NCBI GenBank assembly: GCA_964445745.1
Contig: CAYULU010000002.1
Span: 5,864-69,863 of the forward strand
DNA: 64,000 bases
Direction: 5' to 3'
From: an uncultured bacterium
GTDB lineage: Bacteria; Omnitrophota; Omnitrophia; Omnitrophales; Aquincolibacteriaceae
Below are positions 1-10,336 of the stretch, piece after piece (positions within the stretch are counted from its first letter, which is position 1; each line of letters opens with the position of its first letter). Both the position numbers and the translations under genes were made by a program. A model generated the notes under the pieces. The model had not been told where the DNA came from, did not search any database, and saw only the letters and a program-made list of their open reading frames with translations.

Positions 1-110
1 TGACTGCCCCGAACGGACCGCCGGCGGATCTTTTGATGCCTCGGCGCGCCGAGCAAAGGGCCAATTTCATCCATTTAGAACTAGGAATATGTCTCATAAC
101 ATTTTCCTCA

Positions 111-1109
111 TCAGGATAAATCCGCAACGGTTTTTTGGATCACCTTCAACACCTTGCTGTGAAAGGAACCGTTCGTCGCCAAAATACCCGGGTTATTCTT
201 AAGGACTTCGCCGGTACCATAGTCAATGGGCTGACCGTTCAGGTCCGTCACCCGGCCTCCGGCTTCTTCGATCGCAAAAGCTCCGGGGGCAACATCCCAA
301 ATTTTCTCCCGATAGCCGGGGGTGCGTTGGGGTAAGGTTCTGAAAAAAATCTCCGCGCAACCTGCTGCGAGAACCACATGCTTAGCCTGGCTGTCCAGAG
401 AAATCGTTTTTTTTTCGATCCCCAGTTCATTCCGAATCCACTCGTTTTTTTCGTTGTTCTTGTGATCGGGGTCGTAAGAATCCAGAATGCTCGCATCACG
501 GAGTTGAGAGCATTGAGACACACTCAATTTTACCCAGTTTTCTTTGTCAAAAGACGCCGCCCAGCAACCTCTCCCCTTTTCGGCAAAAAGAATCAACCCT
601 CTTCCCAGTGTCGGATAACTGGACAACTCAAGTTCTGGGCAACCGATCGCCGCAAGAGTAACTTGCCCCTCCCGAATGAGGGCAAGGGCAGTCGCATACT
701 GCCTACCGTTGAGATATCCCTTGGTTCCGTCTATGGGATCCAGCACCCAGAATGTCCCCTGGGGGGCACCCCTGCCACGATCGATCCAATCGCAAATTTT
801 CTCAGGGGTCACATCAGATATAAATTGCTGAACATAATGAGAGATCACCTTTAATCTTGAATCCCCTGAAACCTTTCTTAACTCATCGGCATTTTCTTCG
901 GCCACAAGCTGACTATCGGGAAAATACCTCGTCAACATGGATCCTGCAAGAGCTTGAATCCCCATGTCAGCAATCGTGACGGGAGTGTGATCTTCTTTAA
1001 TGTGGGACGCGTAGGAATTCTCACCCCTTATGCGGGAGGCAAACTTCGCAGCGGCACTGATTAATTCTACAGAAAAACGTGCTTCAGAAGAATTTAGGTC
1101 AGGTTTCAC
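111..1109 (-). CDS. 3'(2'),5'-bisphosphate nucleotidase / inositol monophosphatase family (HAL2/SAL1-like)
   Basis: 332-aa ORF with the WVLDPIDGTKGY motif and the overall IMPase-family layout (TIADMG...EE...DPIDGT...WD.A). Confidence 0.8.
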   Translation of the reverse strand: MKPDLNSSEARFSVELISAAAKFASRIRGENSYASHIKEDHTPVTIADMGIQALAGSMLTRYFPDSQLVAEENADELRKVSGDSRLKVISHYVQQFISDVTPEKICDWIDRGRGAPQGTFWVLDPIDGTKGYLNGRQYATALALIREGQVTLAAIGCPELELSSYPTLGRGLILFAEKGRGCWAASFDKENWVKLSVSQCSQLRDASILDSYDPDHKNNEKNEWIRNELGIEKKTISLDSQAKHVVLAAGCAEIFFRTLPQRTPGYREKIWDVAPGAFAIEEAGGRVTDLNGQPIDYGTGEVLKNNPGILATNGSFHSKVLKVIQKTVADLS

Positions 1110-1479
1110 GCTTGAAAAATTCCTGAACTCTTCTCAAAAGCGCATCCACCGAAATAGGCTTGGGGATAAAATCATGTTTCCCAACCACGGGGTGCGCTGC
1201 AGCTTCTCGCGGCGTCATAAGGGATGTAAAAAAAATGATCGGAACCGAGCAGAGCTCCGGATCATTTCTGAGGGCGGCCGCAATATCGGTCCCATCCACA
1301 TTGGGCATAACAATATCCAGCAAAAGAAGATCCGGTTTCCATTCCCGAATCATGTCAATCGCCTGTTCACCACGATGGCAAACCCCCACCTCAAATCCCC
1401 CCTTTTCACTCAATACCATCCTCGCAAGCCGGGGGAAATCCACTTCATCATCTACAATAAGAATGGACCGCTTTTTCAT
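1099..1479 (-). CDS. Stand-alone response regulator receiver (CheY-like REC only)
   Basis: 126 aa. ILIVDDE start, DLLLLDIVMPNVDG phospho-acceptor region, KP near the C-terminus, no output domain. Confidence 0.85.
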   Translation of the reverse strand: MKKRSILIVDDEVDFPRLARMVLSEKGGFEVGVCHRGEQAIDMIREWKPDLLLLDIVMPNVDGTDIAAALRNDPELCSVPIIFFTSLMTPREAAAHPVVGKHDFIPKPISVDALLRRVQEFFKRET

Positions 1480-1574
1480 TATCGAGACACTCCTATGCTG
1501 TGCTTAGTTTGCATTTTACCATATCCAAGGCTTCTTTTTTGAAGCTATAATACGGTTTTATCAGGGAGACGGAT

Positions 1575-2282
1575 ATGTTTTTATTCGAAAAACTCGTGCT
1601 GGCACATTTGGTTGCCGACTTCATTCTTCAGTTTGAAGAATTGTATCAGCTTAAGGTCAGACATTTTCTAGGGCACCTTCTCCACGTTTTCATCCATGGG
1701 GCAGTCATGATCGTCCTCACCTTTCCCTACTTGGACAACCCGCTGATTCTTCTTTACGTTATATTTCTCGTCTTTGAGCACCTCTATCAGGATTTGATTA
1801 AATACCGTCTGACCCAAAAATTTCCACCCAAACAATTCGTTTACTATACACTGGATCAGATGCTCCACTTCGCCGTTCTCAGCCTGGTTTTGTTCTTTCC
1901 CATAGCAAGCGAAATCCGTCCTTTCCCGGGACCGATCCTTTTAAATAGGCTTTATCAGGATCCGATTATCACCCGTTTCTTTATTTTCTTCATATTACTT
2001 ACTTTCGCTGCAAACTATACATTGAATTCGTTCTACCAGAGTTATGTAAAAGGCTCACGGCCATTACACTGGATCACATCTTCTGAAATGGCGATCACCA
2101 TCCTCGAACGAAGCGTGATCGCATTGATCATGATTTTCGCTCCCAGCCTCCCTTGGATATTACTTTCCTTGATGGTCGGAACTCTCCGAATTCCCCTTAA
2201 AATTTTACGTCACTTTAAGGATTTCCTTATTAGTGCCGGATACACCCTAGCACTGACAACCGTTTTCCTGGCACTGACATGA
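1575..2282 (+). CDS. DUF3307-like polytopic membrane protein
   Basis: 235 aa and hydrophobic. The N-terminal LVLAHLVADFILQ motif is typical of DUF3307. ATGA overlap with the next gene. Confidence 0.6.
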   Translation: MFLFEKLVLAHLVADFILQFEELYQLKVRHFLGHLLHVFIHGAVMIVLTFPYLDNPLILLYVIFLVFEHLYQDLIKYRLTQKFPPKQFVYYTLDQMLHFAVLSLVLFFPIASEIRPFPGPILLNRLYQDPIITRFFIFFILLTFAANYTLNSFYQSYVKGSRPLHWITSSEMAITILERSVIALIMIFAPSLPWILLSLMVGTLRIPLKILRHFKDFLISAGYTLALTTVFLALT

Positions 2283-3583
2283 AAAAGACCTCCCGCCCCA
2301 AAAAAAGAAATTTGGTCACAAAGCGTTGCCCAGCTGACAAGGTACGAAATCTCCAAAAAATTCTGGCCCTCAACAGCGTCCTGAATTCCACGCTTGAGCT
2401 GGATCCATTACTCGCCATCATCATGAAAACCTCAGCTGAAGTCATGAAAGCAGAGGTAGCCTCCCTGCTTTTGATTGATTCGGAAACCGAGGAGCTTGTC
2501 TTCCGTGTGGCATTAGGCGGCAAGGGTTCGTCCCTGGAAGAAAAATTTCGTGTCAAAATGGGAGAAGGCATTGCCGGATCAGTCGCCAAGAGTGGGAACC
2601 CTCTCATCGCGAATGATGTGCAGAACGATCCCCGTTTCGCAAAACGTTTTGATCAATCGACCGGATTCATCACGAAAGCAATCCTTTGCGTGCCTCTTAA
2701 AGCCAAGGACAAAATCATCGGGGTACTTCAGGCCATTAATCCCGTCGGCCGCAAAGGTTTTTGTTTATCTGACCTGGATCTTTTTGAAACCTTTGCGCAC
2801 CAAGCGGCGGTCGCAATCGAAAATGCGAAGCTCCATGCCGAGATGGTCAAACAGGAAACCGCAAAACAGACATTAAAAATCGCTCATGAAATTCAGCAAA
2901 ATTTTCTTCCGGATCTAAAAAACAGAAACTACGGATTGGACCTCTACGCTAAAAGTGTGCCCGCGTTCGATGTCGGAGGTGATTTTTATGATGTTGCCGT
3001 TCTCGATAATGATCGCCTGGGAATCATCCTGGGCGATGTATCAGGGAAAGGTGTCCCGGCTGCTCTGTATATGGTTAGAGCAATGTCAGAATATCGTTTT
3101 CTGGCTCCCTCCGCCAAAGATCCGGCTGAACTTCTTACGCGACTCAATAAAAAATTGTCCGAACAAAGTTTCTTCGGTATGTTCATCACTATGGTCTGCC
3201 TCATGGCGGATAAAACCACTGGCACAATCCAGTATGCATCCGCCGGACATCTCCCCATTTTGCTGAGGCACGCCGTAGACGGTACCACCGAGCTCCTCAA
3301 AGGAACTCAAAGTGTCCCTCTGGGACTCGTGCCGGACGCCCCGTTTTTTCTTAACACGATCAAGCTCGAAAAAGGTGATGCTCTTTTCCTTTATACGGAC
3401 GGCGTTACGGAAGCACGAAACAGGCTCGGGAAAGAGTATACGATTGAAGGTCTGACTCGCCGCATTCAGGCGGGGGCCAAATCGGCGGAGGCTTATCTTG
3501 AACAAATCTTCGCAGACGTTCGTTTTTTTTCAGCCGGTGCAGACCAACACGACGACGTCACGGCACTTGCCTTAGTCATTTAA
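2279..3583 (+). CDS. GAF domain-containing PP2C/SpoIIE-type serine phosphatase (RsbU-like)
   Basis: 434 aa. GAF-like N-terminal half (IAGSVAKSGNPLIANDV..DPRF). C-terminal GGDFYD, ILGDVSGKG, TDGVTEA and DD.T motifs of the SpoIIE/PP2C family. Confidence 0.85.
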   Translation: MKKTSRPKKRNLVTKRCPADKVRNLQKILALNSVLNSTLELDPLLAIIMKTSAEVMKAEVASLLLIDSETEELVFRVALGGKGSSLEEKFRVKMGEGIAGSVAKSGNPLIANDVQNDPRFAKRFDQSTGFITKAILCVPLKAKDKIIGVLQAINPVGRKGFCLSDLDLFETFAHQAAVAIENAKLHAEMVKQETAKQTLKIAHEIQQNFLPDLKNRNYGLDLYAKSVPAFDVGGDFYDVAVLDNDRLGIILGDVSGKGVPAALYMVRAMSEYRFLAPSAKDPAELLTRLNKKLSEQSFFGMFITMVCLMADKTTGTIQYASAGHLPILLRHAVDGTTELLKGTQSVPLGLVPDAPFFLNTIKLEKGDALFLYTDGVTEARNRLGKEYTIEGLTRRIQAGAKSAEAYLEQIFADVRFFSAGADQHDDVTALALVI

Positions 3584-3650
3584 TACCCAACAGAAATTTT
3601 TAGAAGCGGTCTCAAGCATTTACCGTTGGTATCGCATATCTACGCTAAAT

Positions 3651-4760
3651 TTATTCTGGCTTTTTAAAAATGCGGGGAAATGTCAGGGTAAATTTTGTTC
3701 CAACACCCAGCTGACTTTCTACGGCCACTGTCCCTCGGTGCATATTCACCGTGCGAGAAACCACCAGTAGCCCCAGTCCCGTCCCCCGCTTCCCTTTCGT
3801 GGAAAAAAACGCTTCGAAAAGTCGGGCTCTCACTTCTTCTGGCATCCCCGCGCCATTATCTTGAACCGCAACTTCATATTTTTCTGAATCCACCAACCTC
3901 GCAAAAACTTTAATACAGGCGTCGGGCTTATTCTTAAAAGCTTCAAAGGCATTTTTAACGAGGTTAAGGATCGCTCGATAAAGAGACCGGCTATCTCCCT
4001 GCACCTCAGGAAAATCTTCTTCCGCAGAAAACTCCAGCTTTACCGAATACGCTTCTGCCCTTTCTGAAAGATCATTTTTTAATTCTTCGATCAGCACGGG
4101 GATGTTCACAGCTTCCGGTTCAAGCTGGTAGTCCTTACTCAGACTCGTAATCTCCCCAATAAAACCATCCATGTCCTTGAGGGTTTTCCCGAGCTTTTCA
4201 ACCCCGTTAGTAAGAAATTTTTCGTTTTTCTCATAGATGCCCATCCGGATCATTTCGTCGGAAAATTTTGCAAGCTGAAGAATATTTTTAATTTCATGAA
4301 CGAGCATTGCCATCGTCTGCCCGATGGCCGCGAGTCGTTCCATCTTGATGTTTTCTTCAAAAAGCAAAATGTTTTTGAGAGCTCCTGAAAATTCAGACAC
4401 AAAATCAAACCCCACTTCCAATTCCTTCGAAGTAAAATCCTCATTCCGTTCAAAACACGCCAATCCAATGGACGTGTTGCGGGCAATCATGGGAAGAAAA
4501 AGCGTTCCTTTTTGGACAGAGGGCTTTCCTGTATCAAATGCCTGTTGAGCCGATTGTAATAGTTGGGGCGAAACCTCTTTGGGACTCAAAATCGCCCCTT
4601 CGAGCCACAGCTGTTTATCGGGACCTGCAAGAAAAAGGTAGGCCTTCTGCGAAGGGATAAACTGGATGACCGTTTGGAGAAAAAACTCAATCAGGACACT
4701 TTTGTCGGTTATGGCGTCATAGATCCGACCAATCTCGTGAATCGCCTTTTCAGGTCCCAT
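3651..4760 (-). CDS. Cytoplasmic GAF-sensor histidine kinase
   Basis: 369 aa. H-box LVHEIKNIL, N-box LVKNAFEA, G-boxes DNGAGMP and GTGLGL. No transmembrane segment seen. Confidence 0.85.
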   Translation of the reverse strand: MGPEKAIHEIGRIYDAITDKSVLIEFFLQTVIQFIPSQKAYLFLAGPDKQLWLEGAILSPKEVSPQLLQSAQQAFDTGKPSVQKGTLFLPMIARNTSIGLACFERNEDFTSKELEVGFDFVSEFSGALKNILLFEENIKMERLAAIGQTMAMLVHEIKNILQLAKFSDEMIRMGIYEKNEKFLTNGVEKLGKTLKDMDGFIGEITSLSKDYQLEPEAVNIPVLIEELKNDLSERAEAYSVKLEFSAEEDFPEVQGDSRSLYRAILNLVKNAFEAFKNKPDACIKVFARLVDSEKYEVAVQDNGAGMPEEVRARLFEAFFSTKGKRGTGLGLLVVSRTVNMHRGTVAVESQLGVGTKFTLTFPRIFKKPE

Positions 4761-4920
4761 ACGAAAGAAGTTTAATCAATGCATTGTTGGATTGCAAGCA
4801 CGCTCATCCGTTCGATCTAGATCCATAGATCTTATCAAACTCATTCTCAAGCCCATCTTCGCAAAGTCAGTCATTCATCATCCCGTACCATTGTCAAACC
4901 CCATTGAAAAATCTATCGAC

Positions 4921-6348
4921 TTAATCTAACTTTGGTTTCTTCTTGTAAACACCGGTTTCCTGTTCAAAAGTATAGGCGGCACGAAAAAGGGTTGCTTCGT
5001 CAAAGAGCCGCGTCATTAGCTGAAGACCGATCGGCAATCCACCAGCCGTAAAACCACAGGGGACTGACATTGCCGGGATTCCAGCAAGATTGGCCGGTAT
5101 GGTAAAAATATCGGATAGATACATAGCAATCGGGTCCTCAGTTTTTTCTCCTATTTTAAACGCTGGCGTGGGAGACGTCGGAGAAAGAATCACGTCAACT
5201 TCTTTGAAAGCCTTTTCGAAATCCTGCCGAATCAGGGTGCGAACTTTCTGCCCTTTCAGATAAAAAGCATCGTAATAACCCGCGGAGAGGACGAACGTCC
5301 CAAGCAAAATACGTCGCTTCGCCTCCTGGCCAAAACCGCGGTTACGAGTTTCAAAATACATCTCACGAAGATCCTTAGAAGGTATCCGGAATCCGTATTC
5401 GACCCCATCAAAACGTCCGAGATTGGAACTAGCCTCTGCCACGGCCACAATGTAATAAACCGCGACAGAATATTCCGTATGCGGAAGGGAAATCATCTTG
5501 ATCTCTGCGCCAAGTTGCCTGTAAATTTCTCCCGCCTGACGTACGGCCTTTTCAACCTCGGGATCAATGCCCTCAATAAAATATTCTGTGGGCAATCCGA
5601 TTCTGAGACCTTTGACCTGACGTCTGAGCGATTGAGTAAAATCCGGCACATCCTCAGGCGCTGATGTGGAATCTTTAAGATCATGTCCACTGATCACGTT
5701 CATCAAGATGGCCGCGTCCTCGACAGTTTTTGTAATGGGACCAATTTGATCAAAACTTGAGCCAAAGGCGATGAGCCCATAACGTGACACGCGGCCGTAG
5801 GTCGGCTTCACACCCACTACGCCGCACAGCGCGGCAGGTTGACGAATGGAACCTCCGGTGTCCGAACCAAGCGCCGCCACTGTCATGTCAGCCGCAACGG
5901 CCGCCGCAGATCCGCCGCTTGACCCACCGGAAACACGATCAAAATCCCATGGGTTACGGCAAGCCCCGCAGGCTGACGTCTCACACGAGGATCCAAACGC
6001 AAATTCGTCCATGTTGCACTGATGGAAAATGGTGGCCCCTGCTGATTTGAGTTTTTCAATCACCGTAGCATTATAAGGCGGGACATGTTTCGCTAGAATT
6101 TTTGAAGCGCAAGTTACTTCCCGGCCTTCTATACAAATATTGTCCTTGATGGAAATGGGGACACCTGCCAGGGGGGCTGGAGTGCCGGGGATCACCATCT
6201 TGTCTTGGAGCGGATCAAAACGTAAAAAAGCGTTGATCCTGGGGTTGAGAGATCCCGCACGTTTCTGAAAGGCATCCAGAACCGGCTGAACCCCATTCTT
6301 TTTTGAGAATTCAATCGCTTCTTTAAGGGTGAGTTTTGTCAGATCCAT
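4921..6348 (-). CDS. gatA: Glutamyl-tRNA(Gln)/aspartyl-tRNA(Asn) amidotransferase subunit A
   Basis: 475 aa. Amidase signature [13 protein letters not shown]...[12 protein letters not shown]. Sits immediately downstream of gatC. Confidence 0.95.
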   Translation of the reverse strand: MDLTKLTLKEAIEFSKKNGVQPVLDAFQKRAGSLNPRINAFLRFDPLQDKMVIPGTPAPLAGVPISIKDNICIEGREVTCASKILAKHVPPYNATVIEKLKSAGATIFHQCNMDEFAFGSSCETSACGACRNPWDFDRVSGGSSGGSAAAVAADMTVAALGSDTGGSIRQPAALCGVVGVKPTYGRVSRYGLIAFGSSFDQIGPITKTVEDAAILMNVISGHDLKDSTSAPEDVPDFTQSLRRQVKGLRIGLPTEYFIEGIDPEVEKAVRQAGEIYRQLGAEIKMISLPHTEYSVAVYYIVAVAEASSNLGRFDGVEYGFRIPSKDLREMYFETRNRGFGQEAKRRILLGTFVLSAGYYDAFYLKGQKVRTLIRQDFEKAFKEVDVILSPTSPTPAFKIGEKTEDPIAMYLSDIFTIPANLAGIPAMSVPCGFTAGGLPIGLQLMTRLFDEATLFRAAYTFEQETGVYKKKPKLD

Positions 6349-6417
6349 TTCGTCCTTCTCATCCCGGGCATTCCCGGGGTTTCAGTTGACTGCCCGATAC
6401 CAAGCGCGAGTCCGGTC

Positions 6418-6702
6418 TCAATCTCGTTGCACAATTTTGGGAACTTTAAAAAAACGCCCCTCCACATATGGCGCATGCTCAATGGCCATTTCGGCGGCAT
6501 TCGAAAGACTGGGGTCATCCTTCCGGCATACATTTTCCAGGTTGAGAACGTGACTTGTCGGCTCAATCTTTTTGGTATCAAGCTTGTCAAGTTTACTGAC
6601 ATAGCCCAGAATAGCCTCAAGATCTTTTTCAAGCTTGGGTTTTTCTTCGAGCGTAAGGTGAATCCTCGCAAGTTGCGAGATTTTATCAATATCGATGTTC
6701 AT
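6418..6702 (-). CDS. gatC: Glu/Asp-tRNA amidotransferase subunit C
   Basis: 94 aa. The pattern KISQLARIHLTLEEK...LDT..IEPT is typical of GatC. Adjacent to gatA. Confidence 0.9.
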   Translation of the reverse strand: MNIDIDKISQLARIHLTLEEKPKLEKDLEAILGYVSKLDKLDTKKIEPTSHVLNLENVCRKDDPSLSNAAEMAIEHAPYVEGRFFKVPKIVQRD

Positions 6703-6970
6703 GTTGACTCCATTTCAAATTCATGAAAAACCGTTCCGGATCTTCCGCACTTACCGGGTTTTCTTAAAGCAACCCGATACAATCTTTTCGAACCACACTC
6801 AAACCTATAGAACATCTCGAGCGGTCTGGAGAACGATTCATTATTCAACATAATGCCCGAAGGCACAAAGAGTGTCAAATGGCACAGTTCCCATCGTTTA
6901 ATTTATCGGTCTTTATTGTATCGATCTTTTAGAGCTGTCTGCATCAAACCGGAATTGCCGGTCGTAAAAA

Positions 6971-7588
6971 TCAGACCCTGCCGCTCACGATATACTCCAT
7001 CACCACATCTGCCTGCTTAGCGGCCGCGATACAAACCCGGGGGGCCACCGCAGGTGACTTTTCGACGTCCGACTTCAAATCACCCACAATCACAAGATTT
7101 TCCTTGATCCGATAAACGCGAATTTCGTCATTTGCCCCCACGCCTCCAATCCCCGAAGCCGCCACGAGCAACTTCCCGAGTGGTAAAAGCTCGGAGACAA
7201 AAAGACTTTTCATCTGGGGGCAATCCAGACATTCAACCATCACATCACAACCCGAAAAAATCCGACTGATGTTGGAAGAACCCAGTTTGACATCGAAAGA
7301 GTCTATCCGCAAATTTTTCGAAATCCTGAGAAGATTGATTTTAAGCGCCTCGACCTTTTTCATTCCAACCTGATCTTCAAAATAAGCCTGCCGATCCAGG
7401 TTAGCAACATCAACTTTATCAAAATCGGCTATCACGAAATCACGGAATCCAGCCCTCACCAACGCCACAGCACAATTCGATCCCAATCCTCCGGCACCGG
7501 CAATACCGATCTTCGCGCAAGCAATCTTCCGGAAACGATCCAGGCCAAGCTTGTCTAGAAGATTTTTATCAAAACCACTCTGTTTCAT
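6971..7588 (-). CDS. thiF: ThiS adenylyltransferase, short ThiF family
   Basis: 205 aa. Rossmann motif GAGGLGSNCAVALVRAG. Last gene of the thiS-G-H-F run, with a 4-nt overlap with thiH. Confidence 0.8.
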   Translation of the reverse strand: MKQSGFDKNLLDKLGLDRFRKIACAKIGIAGAGGLGSNCAVALVRAGFRDFVIADFDKVDVANLDRQAYFEDQVGMKKVEALKINLLRISKNLRIDSFDVKLGSSNISRIFSGCDVMVECLDCPQMKSLFVSELLPLGKLLVAASGIGGVGANDEIRVYRIKENLVIVGDLKSDVEKSPAVAPRVCIAAAKQADVVMEYIVSGRV

Positions 7589-8697
7589 AACTGCATCCAG
7601 TCTTTTAGGACCGGCTGGTAGCCCTTGGCCACAAGCATCGCCTTGATCTCCTCAACATTTCGCTCATCCGCAATCTTAAACTGCGCAGCATCTTCTTCAT
7701 CGTGACATGCAACCGTGTGCCCGCCCACTTCTGTGGTCGACCCTGCCGACATACGTGTCACCCCAAGCGGGATCAGATTTTCACGCAACTGGGAGGATTC
7801 GCGAGTCGAAAGAGTTATCCCAAGCCGGGGCAAGAACAGTCTCAGGGCCAGTATAATTTGAACAAGATCACGGTCGGACACTGGCTCAAACTCGCTAAAA
7901 TCACCTTCATGAGGTCGAATGCGAGGAACAGAAGCGCTAATTTCTACATTCGGGAATCGATCCTGCAGATACCCGGCATGCATTCCAAGAAAAAAAGATT
8001 CCCGTCTCCAGTCACTTAACCCGAGCAAAGCCCCGATGTTAACGTTCCGGAACGCACCGCGAGCCGCTCGCTCCGGCGCTCCAAGTCGAAATTGAAAATC
8101 TTTTTTAGGCCCCGCCTTATGCACGCGGTCGTAAACGGTTTCATGATAAGTTTCCTGATAGATCGTAAGACCGTCAACACCTTCGGCCGCGAGTTCAGCA
8201 TACTCCTTCTCGTTCAGGGCATAAACTTCCGCTGAGATAGAACTAAAATATTTTTTAAGAACTCTAACCGCCGACTTGATATAGGACAGCGGCGCATGAG
8301 TACGGGATCCCCCCGTCAGAATGAGGATGTGCTTCAGCCCTGTCGACGCGATATAAGCCGCTTCACGTTCAACTTCTTCCATGGTCAGAGTTTTTCGCGG
8401 GACATGATTTCGGGCGTTAAAACCACAATAAGAACACTGATTTTCACAAAAATTAGACAGATAAAGCGGTGTGTAAAGTTGAATGACCCTGCCGAATTGG
8501 CTCAACGTGATTTCATGGGCCTTGCGAGCCATCAGCTCAAGGTCATCCGATGCTTTGGGAGACAGAAGAGTCAGAAGTCTTTCCGGCGAGCGAGCTTCTG
8601 ATTCAACCGCCCGAATAACAGATTCCCTAGAAATCTGGTGAGCATCAAAATTCCGGAGACAAACCTCGCTTTTTTGAAGAGTTCTATAAAAAGTCAT
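7585..8697 (-). CDS. thiH: 2-iminoacetate synthase (radical SAM)
   Basis: 370 aa. CENQCSYCGF radical-SAM cluster motif. ThiH-like length and thi-operon context. Confidence 0.9.
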   Translation of the reverse strand: MTFYRTLQKSEVCLRNFDAHQISRESVIRAVESEARSPERLLTLLSPKASDDLELMARKAHEITLSQFGRVIQLYTPLYLSNFCENQCSYCGFNARNHVPRKTLTMEEVEREAAYIASTGLKHILILTGGSRTHAPLSYIKSAVRVLKKYFSSISAEVYALNEKEYAELAAEGVDGLTIYQETYHETVYDRVHKAGPKKDFQFRLGAPERAARGAFRNVNIGALLGLSDWRRESFFLGMHAGYLQDRFPNVEISASVPRIRPHEGDFSEFEPVSDRDLVQIILALRLFLPRLGITLSTRESSQLRENLIPLGVTRMSAGSTTEVGGHTVACHDEEDAAQFKIADERNVEEIKAMLVAKGYQPVLKDWMQL

Positions 8698-8729
8698 AAT
8701 TTTTTACAATTAAAGGTGGAGATTCCTGT

Positions 8730-9509
8730 TTATTTTTCGTCAATCAAAAAACCAGTAAGAGGCGAGGAAGCGACTCCCGACAGTCCGCCCTTTCCCGGTA
8801 TCCCGGCCCAATAGGCACGACGCCCAGCCATCACAGCATCTCTGAAAGCTAAAGCCATTTGCACCGGATTTTCCGAAATGGCAACTGCAGTATTCACTAA
8901 AACTGCCGCACATCCCATTTCCATACATTCGCATGCCTGCGACGGACTGCCGATCCCTGCATCGACAATAACGGGTATTTTAATCTCACGGACCATAATC
9001 TCGACAAGTTCGCGGGTTTTGATACCGCGATTACTTCCGATCGGAGCACCTAGCGGCATCACGGCAGCCGCCCCGGCATCTTCCATACGACGTGCCACAG
9101 AAAGATCCGGGCTCATATAGGGAAGAACCACGAACCCTTCTTTGACAAGAACTTCAACCGCCTTCAGAGTTTCAAGATTTTCCGGCAAAAGATATTTGTT
9201 ATCCTGCACCACCTCAATTTTAATCCAGTTCCCCGCTCCCCCGGCCTTGGCAAGACGGGCAATTCGGATCGCCTCGTCAGCATTACGGGCTCCGGAAGTA
9301 TTGGTCATGAGACTACATTTCGGGGGAATAAAATCCAAAATATTGTCCGCCTGAGAACCAGGATCGACACGCCGAAGGGCTACGGTAACAATATCCGAAC
9401 CCGATTCTTCGATCGCCCTTTTCATAACAGCGTAGTTTGCGAATTTTCCGGTCCCAAGCAAAAGACGACTCTGAAATTCACGTCCCCCCACTCTAAACAG
9501 ATCTTCCAT
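8730..9509 (-). CDS. thiG: Thiazole synthase
   Basis: Start trimmed to [23 protein letters not shown], 1 nt after the thiS stop. The thiS C-terminal GGAGGAGGA codons double as an RBS. Confidence 0.95.
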   Translation of the reverse strand: MEDLFRVGGREFQSRLLLGTGKFANYAVMKRAIEESGSDIVTVALRRVDPGSQADNILDFIPPKCSLMTNTSGARNADEAIRIARLAKAGGAGNWIKIEVVQDNKYLLPENLETLKAVEVLVKEGFVVLPYMSPDLSVARRMEDAGAAAVMPLGAPIGSNRGIKTRELVEIMVREIKIPVIVDAGIGSPSQACECMEMGCAAVLVNTAVAISENPVQMALAFRDAVMAGRRAYWAGIPGKGGLSGVASSPLTGFLIDEK

Positions 9510-9510
9510 T

Positions 9511-9711
9511 TCATCCTCCTCCGACAAAACTGATAATTTCAAGTGTATCCTTCTCGGTAAGACGTACCGAACTCCAGGACGAGCGCGGCACAATCACCCC
9601 ATTATATTCAATCACAACCCGGTCAAGTTGAAGACCCTTCCCCAAAACAAGCTCCTTGAGACTGAGCGGTTGATCAATCTGCTCTTCCTTGCCATTAACT
9701 CTGATAAGCAT
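9511..9711 (-). CDS. thiS: Sulfur carrier protein ThiS
   Basis: Start trimmed to [10 protein letters not shown], with an AAGGAA RBS 7 nt upstream. Ubiquitin-like size and a C-terminal GG. Confidence 0.85.
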   Translation of the reverse strand: MLIRVNGKEEQIDQPLSLKELVLGKGLQLDRVVIEYNGVIVPRSSWSSVRLTEKDTLEIISFVGGG

Positions 9712-9821
9712 GAGTATGTTCCTTGGTGTGTCATCACGGGGAAACTTATAAACCTGAAAGACAAGTTGATTATAGCGGGAATGGCCCTGTGGCACAACCG
9801 GCTTGGAAATAGCCGGCACAC

Positions 9822-10190
9822 TTATTCAGGAAACAGGTCTGAAATAATTTCCAAAAGCTGTTCGACGTGGGGTTTGTGAATCACTCCGGTAGCTCCGGAT
9901 TCCCTGGCCATATTGTCTAATTTTCCATCTTGGGAAGCCGTGAAAAGGAAGACGGGAATATCTTTAGTTTCCTGAAGAGCTTTGAGCCGTCGACAGGTCT
10001 CAAATCCGTCGAGATCCGGCATAATCACATCCAGGAGGATAATGTCGGGATTCCACGCTTGGGCTTTCGTAATCGCTTCTAACCCGCTGGAGGCAGTCTC
10101 AACGGTAAAACCCCGCGTTTCCAGACGGGTTTTCATAAGTTTTAACACCACCGGCTCATCGTCAACAAAAATTACTTTTTTGCTCATCAT
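9822..10190 (-). CDS. Stand-alone response regulator receiver (REC only)
   Basis: 122 aa. VIFVDDEP, DIILLDVIMPDLDG and a conserved K (HKP). Confidence 0.85.
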   Translation of the reverse strand: MMSKKVIFVDDEPVVLKLMKTRLETRGFTVETASSGLEAITKAQAWNPDIILLDVIMPDLDGFETCRRLKALQETKDIPVFLFTASQDGKLDNMARESGATGVIHKPHVEQLLEIISDLFPE

Positions 10191-10336
10191 CCATTACAAC
10201 CCTTCCTAAGCTCAACCTTTCATCAATGCTAAATTCCCGCTCTTATTAAAAAGACTAGAGTCGGTTTCACCCGTATTTCCAGCTTCTTGTTTATTCAGGG
10301 GGCGATCAATAAAAAAATGGGCTTATGAAACCGCTT

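Noticed and set aside
1-76. A possible gene start (ATG at 76, minus strand, MDEIGPLLGAPRHQK...) running off the left edge
   Set aside because: Only about 25 codons are visible and no family is recognisable. This is too little to support a call.
9510-9593. N-terminal extensions of the longest ORFs: thiG to 9593, thiS to 9819, kdsB to 35594, ABC-F to 18298, nth to 12870, ptsN to 27960, DUF1846 to 51701, PGI/PMI to 24086
   Set aside because: The extensions overlap the upstream gene or lack family similarity. Internal Met codons with good RBS spacing match the conserved family N-termini, so the starts were trimmed.
9712-10336. A possible TPP (THI-box) riboswitch upstream of thiS or of the preceding REC gene
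   Set aside because: The conserved CUGAGA and ACCUGAUCUGGAUAAUGCCAGCG-type elements are not visible on the minus strand in either spacer. Only a short GC hairpin is present. Left as a check in the findings rather than called as a feature.
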